DNA of 64,000 bases from Candidatus Zhuqueibacterota bacterium (GCA_049322915.1 JBMOPW010000020.1:96001-160000); one strand, 5' to 3'. Positions 19,232 to 30,557 are shown, counted from the stretch's first letter. The notes: generated by a model from the letters alone, not told the origin. Numbers and translations are program-made.

Positions 19232-20551
19232 ATGAAAAAAGTCCTTGTCGTGGATGACGATCCCAATGTATGTCGGTTATTCGAGGTGACGCTTCGGAAG
19301 GCCGGGTATGATGTTCGATGCGCGTTGAGCGCGAAGAATGCGTTGAAAATGGCCATTGACGACCATCCGGATATCATCCTCTCTGATTATATGATGCCGG
19401 ACCAGGATGGAAAGGAGTTCTGCAAAGTCGTTCGCAATCATAAAGAGCTTTCAGCCACGCCTTTCATTGTCATCACTGGCAAGGGAACTCCGAATTTGAA
19501 AACCCAGGGGCTGAGCGAATTATTCGATGATTACCTGGAAAAGCCGGTGAATTTGTCCTTTCTGGTCGCTAAAGTGAATGCAACGGTTCGGCGTGAAGAT
19601 GATACCAAACAGAAACACCAGCACCGCGTGAATCGCCTGTGGTCCATGGTCGTGGTACTGATGGTGTCCATCATCATCGCCGGAGGGATTGCGCTGGGAT
19701 TTCGGTTGCGCATCGAAAGCCAGGCGGCGGAAATCAAAAAACTGTTAGCCCTCAAAGAACGGTATGACAAGCGGATTCTGTCCATCGAAAATCAATTGGA
19801 CTCATTGGGATATGGGCTCGATGACCTCGACTTCGAACGGCTCAACGGTGAATTGAACCAACTGATTCGCAAGGCCAAACTTCTCTCCAGAGAATTGCCG
19901 AGCTCCGATGATCGGGATATTGTCATTCGGGGCATTAAGCAGGTGATGGCCGAGTTTGGCGAGGAGGATTATGTCGTCCCACCGCTATTCGCGAAAGAGG
20001 TCGGCAAGATGATTGACTTCTATGTCCGTGAGAAGCGCTACCATACCATCAGCAACCTTCGCCGGGCAAAGGAATATCTTCCCATGATCAAGGAAAAGTT
20101 CGCTGAAAAGGGTTTGCCTGAAGGGCTTGCTTACATTGCTATGGTGGAGAGCGGATTTAAGCCGGACGCCCTGAATAAAGCGTCCGGCGCGGGCGGCCTG
20201 TGGCAATTGATGCCGGCGACAGCCCGCGAATACGGCCTCCGCGTCAGTGGAAACATCGACGAACGGATGAATCCAGAAAAATCCACAGAAGTGGCGCGCG
20301 AGTACATCATGGACCTGATTGGCGTCTTTGGAAAGGAGTCCTTCATGTTGGCGTTGGCTTCGTACAATGTGGGCGATGGCCGCGTCCGCTATCATTTGAA
20401 ACAACTGTACAATCCATTTGAAGAACGCGATTTCTGGTACCTGTTCAGAAAACGCGCCCTGCCGGAAGAAACCCGGGAATATGTCCCCAAAGTGATTGCC
20501 TCCATTATCATCCATCGCAATCAGGAGAAATTCGGATTGAATGAGGGATAA
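19232..20551 (+). CDS. Receiver domain - TM helix - coiled coil - MltD-like lytic transglycosylase fusion
   Basis: REC: VLVVDDD, ILSDYMMP, ITG, EKP. TM: LWSMVVVLMVSIIIAGGIALGF. SLT: AMVESG, GLWQLMP, ASYNVG, ETREYVPKV. RBS GGAGG before ATG 19232. Confidence 0.88.
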   Translation: MKKVLVVDDDPNVCRLFEVTLRKAGYDVRCALSAKNALKMAIDDHPDIILSDYMMPDQDGKEFCKVVRNHKELSATPFIVITGKGTPNLKTQGLSELFDDYLEKPVNLSFLVAKVNATVRREDDTKQKHQHRVNRLWSMVVVLMVSIIIAGGIALGFRLRIESQAAEIKKLLALKERYDKRILSIENQLDSLGYGLDDLDFERLNGELNQLIRKAKLLSRELPSSDDRDIVIRGIKQVMAEFGEEDYVVPPLFAKEVGKMIDFYVREKRYHTISNLRRAKEYLPMIKEKFAEKGLPEGLAYIAMVESGFKPDALNKASGAGGLWQLMPATAREYGLRVSGNIDERMNPEKSTEVAREYIMDLIGVFGKESFMLALASYNVGDGRVRYHLKQLYNPFEERDFWYLFRKRALPEETREYVPKVIASIIIHRNQEKFGLNEG

Positions 20552-20740
20552 TTTCTCCACGCGCTGATACAGCGACCTGACCCTCCTGTAATTCTCAGGG
20601 GCTGTATCCAAAGTCTGGTCAGGCCAATGTAATCACAATATATCGATACGATATAGCATTTTATTTATGTTACGATTCAGGCATGTTGTCTTACCTCAAT
20701 AACCACACGTCACGAAGTTACAGAAAGATGCCAACTGATC

Positions 20741-20889
20741 GTTCGGGATATTTCCCGATTCTATTCTTTGGACATTTTTAAGGGTTCGGGATATCTATCC
20801 CGATTCTGGACTCTGGACATTTTCAAGGGTTCGGGATATTTCCCGAATCTGATCTTTGGACATTTTCAAAGGTTCGGGATTTCCTGAAT
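20741..20889. repeat. Tandem 43-45 bp repeat (three full units plus one partial), each with a TCGGGA-N-TCCCGA-like palindrome
   Basis: Units start at 20741, 20784, 20829 and 20872; approximate consensus GTTCGGGATATTTCCCGATTCT..TCTTTGGACATTTTCAAGG. Confidence 0.9.
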
Positions 20890-21559
20890 GTCCCAGCCGT
20901 TGCCTGCGCTGGATACATATCCAGCGCGATCGGCGTAGTTACGTATTTATCAATAAATTGGGGAGCAAGGGAAGCAGTTCCTGCCTAAAGATTTTGCCTG
21001 TGTCCGGCGCACCCGCAAGCATTCAGCGATTCAACTAATCTGCAACTGCGACTTTACGATTGATCGATCCGCTTCCAACTGACCGAATTTCTGTCAATTT
21101 TTAAAAGTTGTTCCTCCGCGCGCGACGAGCGCCTGTAACATAGATTATTTTTTTGAGATAAAGGCACGCCAGTCGTGGGTATCTCATTGTTTTTCAACCA
21201 AAAAAAAATTCAAGCGATTCTTTAGTTTTATTTAACAGCGTTTTATCGGTAATAAGAATGGAAATTGCATACTCATTTGATGTAGCAGATGGCATGTTCG
21301 CCTTCTCAATTTCCAGCCGAATAGATTCCAGATGAAGTTGACAGCGGGCTATCCTGGCTGGAGATTGCCAATTGCAGGTCACAGGAGGATCGCTGCGGCA
21401 TTGATTCGATGAAATGGTTGATGTGCTTCGATGCCCGGTTTGCAAAGCGATTGAGGACTGCGCTTGCTGAATTTGAGCATCTGTCCGGGTTACACCGGGG
21501 CAAGTACATTCGTTGATGTGTAAACCGAAAATAGGATCAATGAGGATGTGAGGTGGGGC

Positions 21560-21751
21560 ATGATGAAGATCTTTGCTGACGATGTTGTAAAAATCAGGTT
21601 GAAAATGAATCTCACCCAGGAAGAATTTGCCCGGCGGGTGGGTGTCACGCTCTCAACGATTCATCGCTGGGAGAAGGGAAAATCGCTGCCTTCCAAATTG
21701 GCGATTCAACGATTGGTCAGTCTGGAGCGGAATGGTATTCACCATGTGTAA
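21560..21751 (+). CDS. XRE/Cro-family helix-turn-helix regulator
   Basis: IRLKMNLTQEEFARRVGVTLSTIHRWEKGKSLP; RBS GAGGTG. Confidence 0.88.
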   Translation: MMKIFADDVVKIRLKMNLTQEEFARRVGVTLSTIHRWEKGKSLPSKLAIQRLVSLERNGIHHV

Positions 21752-21816
21752 CTTTCAAAAGGAACCTCCTGTGCTTTTTGATTCATCAGAACTATTTGCG
21801 CGCATGGAGCAGTGAC

Positions 21817-23649
21817 ATGCTCAATCTCCGTTCAATGTCCATCAAAACCAAGCTGATTGTCAGTTTCACCCTGGTTGCCGTCGCTTCGCTGACGATCGGC
21901 TACGGCTTTCTCATGGTGAATGACATCAATGCATTGAGGCAGGACCTCATCAAAGAAGTATTGCTGGAAACAAAGCTCATCCGGGAGGCATGCCGCCATT
22001 CATTTGCAGCCGGCGATTCCTTGCAAACCCTCACCATACTGAAAAGCCTGGCGTCCGTTGTGCCCCTTGACACGATCATAATTTACTCCGGCGATTCCAC
22101 CGTGTTTGTGAGCGTCCCCGGCCATAAAAATCGGGTTGCGATGAACTATCCCGGCCAGTCGGACCGGCATTTTTTCATAGGTAATTATTTACATGTTTTC
22201 AACGCTATGTTACCTAAAGAGCCAGAAGCCGGTTTCATTCATGTGATCTCATCCTCGGCGCTGTTGCAACTCACGATTGAACGCTATATCCTCACGACGA
22301 TTCTGTTCATGGTCGCGACCGGACTGTTTTCCTTTGTCATCGCCAAAAAATTCAGTCCTCTCATTTCTGATCCAATCATTCAGTTATCAAATGCCTGCAA
22401 TAATATTGCCCAACAAGGCGATTACTCTGTCCGCGTTAATATTTCAAATCAGGATGAGATCGGAAAGCTGGCGGACGAGTTCAACCGCATGATCGGGAAG
22501 ATAGAGACGCAACAGAAAATCGAGGCGAAAACGCAGCAAGCGCTGAAGGAGAATGAGGAGAAATATCGCGTACTTTTCGAAGCTTCGACTGATGCTGTAT
22601 TTCTGGAAACGATTGATGGGGATATTCTCGATTGCAATCACGCTGCCTGCCAGATGTTCCGCGCCCGAAAGGACCAGTTGATCGGGCTGAATGTCAGCGC
22701 GCTGGTGCCGGCTGAACTGGCAAAAAAGCTGCCGGAGATTGTTAGTCGGGAACGATTGAATCAGGGCGTTTTTCTCGAGGCGGAAAATGTACGACACAAC
22801 GGCCAGGTTTTTCCGGTCGAAGTGAACACCAAATTGACGCGAGTGAAGGGTATGGAGGTCGTCATTGCCTACATCCGCGATATTACCCAGCGCAAAATCG
22901 ATGAGAAAGAAATTCGCGCGCTGAACGCCGACCTTGAAAAACGCGTGAATGATCGAACCGCCCAGCTCGCCGCTGCGAACAAGGAATTGGAATGTTTTTC
23001 CTATTCTGTTTCGCACGATTTACAGGCGCCGCTTCGGGCGATCGATGGGTTTTCCCGACAGGTGTACGAACGATACGCTCAGGTTGTGGACGACTCCGGG
23101 CGAAAAAACCTGACGGTCATACTGGACCAGGTGAAACGGATGAATCAACTGATCCATGATCTGCTCAATTTTTCCCGGACAAATCAGAAAGAACTCAAGG
23201 TGCAGGAGATAGATTTCAACAGCCTGGTCAATGACGTCGTGACGGAGTTGAAAGAGCAAATCGACGCGACGAGGATGATTGAATTCAATATTTCACCAGT
23301 TCCGAAAGGACTCGGAGACCCGGCGTTGCTTCATCAGGTGTTCGTAAATCTCATCGGCAATGCGATCAAATTCACCCGGCATAAGGAGCATGCCATCATC
23401 GAGGTTGGATGTTTGCCGGATTCGCGCCGGCATGTTTATTTTGTCAAAGATAACGGCGTCGGTTTTAAAACCGAATATTCGGACAAACTGTTCGGCGTGT
23501 TTCAGAGGTTACACACGCCGGAGCAATTCGAAGGGACAGGCGTGGGACTGGCCATTGTGCAGCGCATCATTCACCGGCATGGGGGAGAAGTCTGGGCAGA
23601 GTCTGCCGTGGATCAAGGCGCTGCGTTTTATTTTTCATTGCCACCTTGA
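21817..23649 (+). CDS. Membrane sensor histidine kinase (2 TM, periplasmic sensor, HAMP, PAS, HisKA, HATPase)
   Basis: DEIGKLADEFNRM (HAMP), SVSHDLQAP (H-box), NLIGNAIKF, DNGVGF and GTGVGLA. Start chosen by GGAG RBS. Confidence 0.92.
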   Translation: MLNLRSMSIKTKLIVSFTLVAVASLTIGYGFLMVNDINALRQDLIKEVLLETKLIREACRHSFAAGDSLQTLTILKSLASVVPLDTIIIYSGDSTVFVSVPGHKNRVAMNYPGQSDRHFFIGNYLHVFNAMLPKEPEAGFIHVISSSALLQLTIERYILTTILFMVATGLFSFVIAKKFSPLISDPIIQLSNACNNIAQQGDYSVRVNISNQDEIGKLADEFNRMIGKIETQQKIEAKTQQALKENEEKYRVLFEASTDAVFLETIDGDILDCNHAACQMFRARKDQLIGLNVSALVPAELAKKLPEIVSRERLNQGVFLEAENVRHNGQVFPVEVNTKLTRVKGMEVVIAYIRDITQRKIDEKEIRALNADLEKRVNDRTAQLAAANKELECFSYSVSHDLQAPLRAIDGFSRQVYERYAQVVDDSGRKNLTVILDQVKRMNQLIHDLLNFSRTNQKELKVQEIDFNSLVNDVVTELKEQIDATRMIEFNISPVPKGLGDPALLHQVFVNLIGNAIKFTRHKEHAIIEVGCLPDSRRHVYFVKDNGVGFKTEYSDKLFGVFQRLHTPEQFEGTGVGLAIVQRIIHRHGGEVWAESAVDQGAAFYFSLPP

Positions 23650-23827
23650 TTATAAGCCTATAACGTCATGTAGCAAATTTATCACACTATGTAGAATTTT
23701 TCATCTATCCAAAATACACTAGATAACGATAATAAATCTATGTGACGTGGTAGGGTTAATTTTCCCCGGAACTTGTCTTGTGCTGTCGCCTGTGATTCGT
23801 CAGCAACTCAACTCATGTAAGGAAAGT

Positions 23828-26560
23828 ATGCAAAAGCAATTGCGGATATTAATGCTGGAAGATAATCCGCTGGACGCGGAATTGATACGGCTGGCCATTG
23901 AAAAAGACTGTATCGATTTCACCTATGTCCGGGTGGATGAACAGGATTCTTTTTACGAAGAACTGAGTAACTTCAATCCGGATATCGTCCTGTCGGACTT
24001 CAGATTGCCGCGATTCAATGGACTGACTGCTCTGGACCTGGTCAAGAGCAAATCGCCGGGCACGCCTTTTATTATTGTGACCGGCGCTCTGGACGAAGCG
24101 ACTGCGGTGGAATGCATCAAGTTCGGCGCAGTCGATTATGTGCTCAAAGATCAGCTAGTTCGGCTTGGCGCGGCCATCAAAAAAGCAATGGAGTTGAAAG
24201 AGGAAAAGTACAAGAAAGAACTCGCTGAGGAAGCGCTGCGGCAGAGTGAAGAGAAGTATCGGACGCTTGTAGAAAACGCGAACGAAGCGGTGATTGTGCT
24301 CCAGGATGATCAGTTCAGATTCACCAATACCAAGGCGGAGCAGATCACCGGATACAATCAGGTGCAATTGGCTTCCATGTCATTTCTGGACATGATCGTC
24401 CCTCATGATCGCGAGGAGGTCAAAGCAAGTCATCAGCGGTGGCTGCTCGAAGGCGAGGAAATTGGCGTGCTTCAGTATAAAATCATTGACCGGAGCGGAA
24501 GCCTGAAATATCTGGGCGGTAAGGGAGTATTAATCGACTGGAACGGACGACCAGCCATGCTGGCGTTCATCGGGGATATTACCCAGCGCAAGAAGGCTGA
24601 ACTCGCTGTGCTGGAGAGCGAGCAGAAGTTTCGGGCGTTTTTTGAAAACGCGCCGGAATATTACTACATCATCTCTCCGGATGGAAAAATTATCGATGTC
24701 AATAATAGCGCGCTGAATGTGCTGGGCTATCTCAAAAATGAGATCATTGGACTATCCATTTTTGCCACGGTATTCGATCGCTCATCGAGACCGTCCGCTG
24801 AGGCGATCTTTCAGGAATGCAAAACCTGTGGGCAGGTTCGCGATCAGGAACTGACGATTATCACGCGACAGGAAGAAAAGCGAATCGTGCTGCTCAGCGC
24901 GGATGTCGTGGTCGATCCCGAGGGGCAGATCATCTATTTACTTTTTGTTCAACGGGATATTACAGAACGCCTGAGGACGACTGCTCTGCTCAATGAACAG
25001 GCGAGATTGCTGGAGCTTTTCTTCAGCTATACGCTCGATTGCATGATCATTATGGATAAAAAATTCAATTACATCCGGGTGAACAACGCCTTTGCCCGGG
25101 CCTGTCATCGGAAAACATCGGAATTCCCGAATCGGAACCATTTCGACTTTTTCCCATCCGAGCCCAGGGATATTTTTGAAATGGTGGTGCAGACCAAACA
25201 CCCCTGTACGGCCATTGCGCGCCCAATTGTCTTTCACAAGAAAGATAAAAATGAACTGACTTTCTGGGATTGGGCGCTGGTCCCAATTCTCGACGACAAG
25301 AACGAGGTGGATCTGCTCATCTTTTCAATGCGGAATGTGACGGATAGAAAAAAAGCAGAAGAAGAATTGCAATTGAGCGAAGAGCGGTTCCGCTCGCTCA
25401 TTTTCAAAATCCAGGCAGCGGTGATGGTGTACGACTCCAACAAAAAAATAGTGATGAGCAATACAATTGCCCAGGATTTACTGGGCATCCGTCAGGCAAA
25501 GGCCAACTACACGGTAGATAATTCCGGTCTTCTGGAATTCTACCGCGATGATGGCAGCCTCATGACGCCCGAGGAATATCCAATCAATCAGGTGATGAAG
25601 TCCCGAAAGCCGCTGCGCGATGTGATTCTTGGCGTGAACAATCCGTTCAAAAAGACCACCGTCTGGATTCTGGTCAATGCCGATCCGGTGTTCGATGATT
25701 CCGGCAATATCCTGCAGACCATTATCAGTTTTGTCGATATCACGGAGCGAAAAAAACATGAGGAGCAGTTGCGCGAACTGAATCAAGAACTGATCCGTTC
25801 GAATAAAGAACTGGAAGAATTCACCTACGTTGTCTCCCACGACCTGAAAGAGCCACTGCGCAAAATGGCTTCGTTCAGCGAATTTCTCTTTGAGGACTAC
25901 TCGCACCTGCTGGACGAACAGGCCATTTCCTATCTCAATCGCATTCAGGATGCTGCCGAACGGATGAAAGGGTTGATCGAGAATCTGCTGGAAATTTCCC
26001 GAATCGGGACGCGCAAGAAAGAACTGGTTGTGGTGGACACCAACCATCTGGTGGAGGAAGTGTTGCACCTGCTGCAATTTTCCGAGACAAAATACTCCAA
26101 TAAAGGATTCAGAAATTTTGTCGATACTAACGATAATATAGTGATGCTTTCCAGGTTGCCTGCTGCATTGGCGGACCCGACGCAGTTGCACCAGGTCTTT
26201 CAGAATATCATCTCCAACGGATTGAAATTTCATCGGTCAGACGTGACCGCGGAATTAAAAATTACCGCCAAAAAGCGGGGCGAATGGATCACCTTTGCAA
26301 TTCAGGATAATGGAATTGGAATTGAACAACGGTACCTTGAAAAGATATTTATCATCTTTCAACGGTTGCACACGAAAGAGATGTATCCCGGAACAGGTGT
26401 TGGATTGGCGTTGTGCAAGAAGATTATCGAGCGGCATAATGGCCGTATCTGGGCGGAGTCGAAGTACGGAAGTGGAAGTACGTTTTATTTTACGTTAAGG
26501 GAGGGAAAGAGCAATGAAACCCAAAGAAGAACGTATGCCCATTCTGTTAGTCGAAGATGA
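23828..26560 (+). CDS. Cytoplasmic hybrid histidine kinase (REC, about four PAS, HisKA, HATPase)
   Basis: N-terminal LEDN / LSDF receiver, repeated DIT.RK PAS ends, VSHDLKEP, DNGIGI and GTGVGL. Confidence 0.92.
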   Translation: MQKQLRILMLEDNPLDAELIRLAIEKDCIDFTYVRVDEQDSFYEELSNFNPDIVLSDFRLPRFNGLTALDLVKSKSPGTPFIIVTGALDEATAVECIKFGAVDYVLKDQLVRLGAAIKKAMELKEEKYKKELAEEALRQSEEKYRTLVENANEAVIVLQDDQFRFTNTKAEQITGYNQVQLASMSFLDMIVPHDREEVKASHQRWLLEGEEIGVLQYKIIDRSGSLKYLGGKGVLIDWNGRPAMLAFIGDITQRKKAELAVLESEQKFRAFFENAPEYYYIISPDGKIIDVNNSALNVLGYLKNEIIGLSIFATVFDRSSRPSAEAIFQECKTCGQVRDQELTIITRQEEKRIVLLSADVVVDPEGQIIYLLFVQRDITERLRTTALLNEQARLLELFFSYTLDCMIIMDKKFNYIRVNNAFARACHRKTSEFPNRNHFDFFPSEPRDIFEMVVQTKHPCTAIARPIVFHKKDKNELTFWDWALVPILDDKNEVDLLIFSMRNVTDRKKAEEELQLSEERFRSLIFKIQAAVMVYDSNKKIVMSNTIAQDLLGIRQAKANYTVDNSGLLEFYRDDGSLMTPEEYPINQVMKSRKPLRDVILGVNNPFKKTTVWILVNADPVFDDSGNILQTIISFVDITERKKHEEQLRELNQELIRSNKELEEFTYVVSHDLKEPLRKMASFSEFLFEDYSHLLDEQAISYLNRIQDAAERMKGLIENLLEISRIGTRKKELVVVDTNHLVEEVLHLLQFSETKYSNKGFRNFVDTNDNIVMLSRLPAALADPTQLHQVFQNIISNGLKFHRSDVTAELKITAKKRGEWITFAIQDNGIGIEQRYLEKIFIIFQRLHTKEMYPGTGVGLALCKKIIERHNGRIWAESKYGSGSTFYFTLREGKSNETQRRTYAHSVSRR

Positions 26561-26978
26561 TCCGGATGATATTGAAATTACCCGGCGCGCGTTTCAGGAG
26601 AATCATATTAATCATCCTCTGTACATCGTGCGGGATGGCGCGGAAACAATAGAATTTCTGAAGAAGACCGGCAGATACATGAGCGATGGGAATCTGCCCC
26701 GACCCGGCCTCATTTTACTCGATTTGAATATCCCTCGCATCGATGGCCGCGAAGTTCTCAGACAGATAAAGCAGGATCCTGAGTTGAAATATATTCCGAC
26801 TGTGGTCCTTACTACCTCGAAATTCGATGAAGATATCATGCAGTCCTACCATAGCGGCGCAAATACATTCATTACCAAGTCGTTGCACTTTAAAGAATTT
26901 TCCAAAATGATCCGAATCATTAGTCAGTACTGGCTGGAAGTAGCAGAAATTCCAGGCAACCCTGACCATAAAAAATGA
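26514..26978 (+). CDS. Single-domain response regulator (Rcp1-like)
   Basis: LLVEDDPDD, LILLDLNIP, LTTS, FITK and the C-terminal YW typical of this subfamily. Confidence 0.92.
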   Translation: MKPKEERMPILLVEDDPDDIEITRRAFQENHINHPLYIVRDGAETIEFLKKTGRYMSDGNLPRPGLILLDLNIPRIDGREVLRQIKQDPELKYIPTVVLTTSKFDEDIMQSYHSGANTFITKSLHFKEFSKMIRIISQYWLEVAEIPGNPDHKK

Positions 26979-27085
26979 CGCGCGGGGCAAATCACCAAAA
27001 CCGTCACCAGGAATTGAAAAAGGGATTCGCTTCATTTTTATCACCCCGGAATGCTTTTTCGAAACGGCGTATATCCATAGCGCGG

Positions 27086-27272
27086 CAAATCCGCAAATCC
27101 CAAATTCGAAAATGATCAAATTCCAAATAAATTCCAAATTTCAAATACAAAATTAAAGCCCATGTCTATGATCAAACCAATAAAAGCTGACAATTTGTTT
27201 TTTCGGTTTGGAATTTTGGATATTGCCATTTGGGATTTAGTTGTGATTTAGGATTTGAGTCCTGGGATTTTC
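27086..27272. repeat. Inverted pair of degenerate heptamer arrays (CAAATYC-like, then GRATTTG-like)
   Basis: CAAATCC/CAAATTC/CAAATTT units at 27086-27155 face ATTTGGG/ATTTAGG/TTTGGAA units at about 27206-27272. Confidence 0.7.
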
Positions 27273-27323
27273 TTGCACAAAAAACAAAGATTTAATTTGT
27301 AATACTATAGAGGATTTCGTTGA

Positions 27324-30300
27324 ATGATAAAGGTTTTATACATTGAAGACGATTTCGAAGATGCGCTGATCGTCAGTCGTTATCTCACCCAGAGCCGTGA
27401 TGCGATTGATTTGCATGTGGCGTCCACCGGCGCGGAAGCCCGGGACAAGCTGCAGCACAACTCCTTCGACTGCGTGCTGCTGGATCAGAATTTACCTGAT
27501 ACCAACGGCCTGGCGCTTCTGCAGGACATCAAATCGAAATGGCCTAAAATGCCCGTGCTGATGCTCACCGGCCAGAAGGATGACCGGCTCACTGTCGGTT
27601 CTTCCATTTTGGGAGCGGACGATTTCATTGTCAAGGATGAAATCAGTACGGCGGTTCTGACCGAGACCATTTTCAGCGTCGTTCATCTGGGGGAGAACAT
27701 TGAGGAAGATTCAGACCTACGAGCGGGCGCCGTCCCACTGGGAGAGACAGAATCGACAGCTTTTAAGCATGGCGCGTACGGAATTTATGAGACGCTCATC
27801 AATACCATGACTGAGGGATTGATTTCGCTGGATTTGAACGGGACGATTCTGTTTGCCAATCAACAGGCCGGGGATCTGTTGAAGCGTCCTGTGAATTCAC
27901 TTTTTGGCGAACGAGCCAGCGTGCTGTTTGACGCATCTGATTTTCGCCTGTTCGAAGAAAAATTCACTGAGAATAAAAAGGGATTAACGCTCAAATATGA
28001 GGCGCAATTCACATGTCTGGATGGGACCAGGATCCCTGCGATTATCAGTCAGAGTCCCTACTATGACCGATGGCATCATCTGGCCGGCTGCCTGATGGTG
28101 GTCACGGATATCAGCGACCGCAAGCAGGCAGAAAATATGCTCCGCGCTTCGGAGAAAAGATTTCGTGATATTGCTGAGAATACGACGGATTTGATCTGGG
28201 AGATGAATCCGTTTCGGTGTTTCACCTATGTCAATCCACTGGTCAGGAACATCCTCGGCTTCAGTCCTGAGGAGATTCTCGGCCGGTGCATCGATGAAAT
28301 AATGCTCGCATCCAGTCAGGACAGAACGGGCAATGGGAACGGGGCCGATTCTGACAACCGTCTCTCGGTGAAGGTCGTTGAGGGAATCTGGCGTCATAAA
28401 AATGGCAGTGAAATTATTCTCGAAATGAGCAGCATCCCGATTTACGATGCCGTGGGAAAGTTGCTCGGCTACCGCGGCATCAGTCGCGATATCACCGATC
28501 GCAAGCAGATGGAAGAAGCGCGGCTTCGCGAGCGGGAGATGGATCTGAATCTGGAGCGCTGCATTTCTCAGGTTTCCAGGCATCTCATTGAATCCGAAAA
28601 TGTCGATGAGGCCATCAGGCACAATCTCGAATTGATCGGAAAAACGTTCAATGCCGATCATTGCTTTGTGTACACCCGGGGCGATGTCGATAACCCGGAT
28701 CATTTTTTTAAAAAATATTTCTGGAATGCACGATCAGGCGCTGACTGGTTCGCTGATCAGACCCACATGGTTCTCGATGCCAATTCTTCCTGGGCCAAAC
28801 TTTTATCTTCGAATCAGGTCGTGATCCTGCCGGATGCTGCCCACGCTGGCGATGATTCCGTCTCTGAAGCGGACTATTTACGCGATTTGCGCATCAGCGC
28901 CATCCTGTTGGTCCCGCTCTTTTTGCAGGACGCCTTCTATGGCTATGTTGGGATCGATTACATCGCCAAAGCGCACAATTGGCGGATGACAGAAATTGCC
29001 GCTGTGAGAACAATGATTGAAAACATCAGCAAGGTATTCGAGCGCAAACATGCCCGCGCTGCACTGTCCCAGCAGAAGGCAAAGTACGAGACCGTTATTA
29101 AAAGCACCAGTGATGGCATCATACTCCTGGATAATAATCTGAAAATCACGCTGATAAATCCTGCAGCGCTGAAAATACTGCACTGCTTTTATCGCGATAC
29201 CAAGGCCAAATCGATCCTCAAAGACCTGGGCGATATTTCCGTCGGCGATATCCTGACCACGATTAAACAGAATAACCTGAGTTCAATATCCAGAGAAATC
29301 AAAATCAGCAATGGAATCATGCGATTTTTCAATGTCGTCTTCTCGTCTGTGAAAAATATCAAAGCCGAGGTGATCGGACTGGTGGTGAATATTCATGAAA
29401 TTTCCGAGATTCGCAATGCACAGGAACAGTTGATTCACTCATCGAAATTAGCGTCCCTGGGACAACTCGCTGCCGGCGTCGCCCACGAGTTGAACAATCC
29501 CCTCACCTACATGTTGGGCTATGCGGAGCTATTGCACTCCAACCAGGAAGACCCTGAAGTCAAATTGAAATTGTCGAAAATACTGGATGGCGGGCGTCGC
29601 GTGAAAGGCATCATCGAAGACATGCTGGAGTTCTCCCACAACCAGACGCAGAACCAGGAATTGTCCGATATTAACAAGACCATTGAAAAGACATTGACGC
29701 TCATGGGCAGACGGCTTTCCAATCATAATATCCACCTGATCAAATCGTTCGATAAACGGCTGTCGCTGGTCTATTGCAATAAAGGCGAGTTGCAGCAGGT
29801 GTTTTTGAACCTGATTCAAAATGCGTTCGATGAGCTGGTGCGCAGCAAGGTCGGCGATAAAATCGAGATTGTGACCGAGCAAATTTCCCGGCAGAATATC
29901 CGTTTGAAATTCATCGATAACGGACCAGGCATGTCCGAGGAAATCCAGCAGCGCATCTTTGAACCGTTCTTTACCACCAAAGCCCCGGGCGAGGGAACCG
30001 GGCTGGGACTGAGCATCAGCTATAAAATCATCAAAAAGCACGATGGCGCCATCACGGTCAAAAGCAGCGTGGGAAAAGGAACCACATTCATCATCGAACT
30101 GCCGACGCGAGTGGACCAGGTTTCGAAGAATTCCGACATCACTGATCTGGATCTGGAATTCAAAGGGGAGGGCAAGTCCATTGAGACGGCGAAGGTCGTC
30201 ATCGTGGAGGACGAAGAAAAGAGCGATTCCCTGGTCAAAATCCTGTTCCGCACCGAGCATCAACTTGTCACCATCAGTCAGATTTCCCAGGCGCTGGATA

Positions 30301-30557
30301 TGCTGCGCACCGACGATCTGGATGTGCTGCTCGTGGACATCAAAAGCTTGAGACACATCAAGCAGTACATTCAAAACGGATTCATCCCACAGTGGAAGAG
30401 CCGAATCATTTTTCTCTTTGACTATCCGCTCAATGAACGGGTGAAGGCGTCTCTCTGGGGGAAAGGCATTGGCTGTCTGGCCTTGCCATTCAAAATTGAT
30501 GAGGTGATTCAATTGGTGAATGCAGTGCTGGAGCGCAGCAAAAAGGCCGGAAGATGA
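27324..30557 (+). CDS. Hybrid histidine kinase (REC, PAS, PAS, GAF, PAS, HisKA, HATPase, degenerate REC)
   Basis: N-terminal IEDD / [40 protein letters not shown]. The C-terminal receiver lacks the conserved Lys (CLALPF). Confidence 0.92.
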   Translation: MIKVLYIEDDFEDALIVSRYLTQSRDAIDLHVASTGAEARDKLQHNSFDCVLLDQNLPDTNGLALLQDIKSKWPKMPVLMLTGQKDDRLTVGSSILGADDFIVKDEISTAVLTETIFSVVHLGENIEEDSDLRAGAVPLGETESTAFKHGAYGIYETLINTMTEGLISLDLNGTILFANQQAGDLLKRPVNSLFGERASVLFDASDFRLFEEKFTENKKGLTLKYEAQFTCLDGTRIPAIISQSPYYDRWHHLAGCLMVVTDISDRKQAENMLRASEKRFRDIAENTTDLIWEMNPFRCFTYVNPLVRNILGFSPEEILGRCIDEIMLASSQDRTGNGNGADSDNRLSVKVVEGIWRHKNGSEIILEMSSIPIYDAVGKLLGYRGISRDITDRKQMEEARLREREMDLNLERCISQVSRHLIESENVDEAIRHNLELIGKTFNADHCFVYTRGDVDNPDHFFKKYFWNARSGADWFADQTHMVLDANSSWAKLLSSNQVVILPDAAHAGDDSVSEADYLRDLRISAILLVPLFLQDAFYGYVGIDYIAKAHNWRMTEIAAVRTMIENISKVFERKHARAALSQQKAKYETVIKSTSDGIILLDNNLKITLINPAALKILHCFYRDTKAKSILKDLGDISVGDILTTIKQNNLSSISREIKISNGIMRFFNVVFSSVKNIKAEVIGLVVNIHEISEIRNAQEQLIHSSKLASLGQLAAGVAHELNNPLTYMLGYAELLHSNQEDPEVKLKLSKILDGGRRVKGIIEDMLEFSHNQTQNQELSDINKTIEKTLTLMGRRLSNHNIHLIKSFDKRLSLVYCNKGELQQVFLNLIQNAFDELVRSKVGDKIEIVTEQISRQNIRLKFIDNGPGMSEEIQQRIFEPFFTTKAPGEGTGLGLSISYKIIKKHDGAITVKSSVGKGTTFIIELPTRVDQVSKNSDITDLDLEFKGEGKSIETAKVVIVEDEEKSDSLVKILFRTEHQLVTISQISQALDMLRTDDLDVLLVDIKSLRHIKQYIQNGFIPQWKSRIIFLFDYPLNERVKASLWGKGIGCLALPFKIDEVIQLVNAVLERSKKAGR

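Noticed and set aside
20741..20889. CRISPR array
   Set aside because: The segments between palindromes are near-identical rather than unique spacers, and there are no cas genes in the window.
21194..21540. Short ORFs or a pseudogene upstream of the XRE gene
   Set aside because: No recognisable domain in any frame; cannot be supported without BLASTX.
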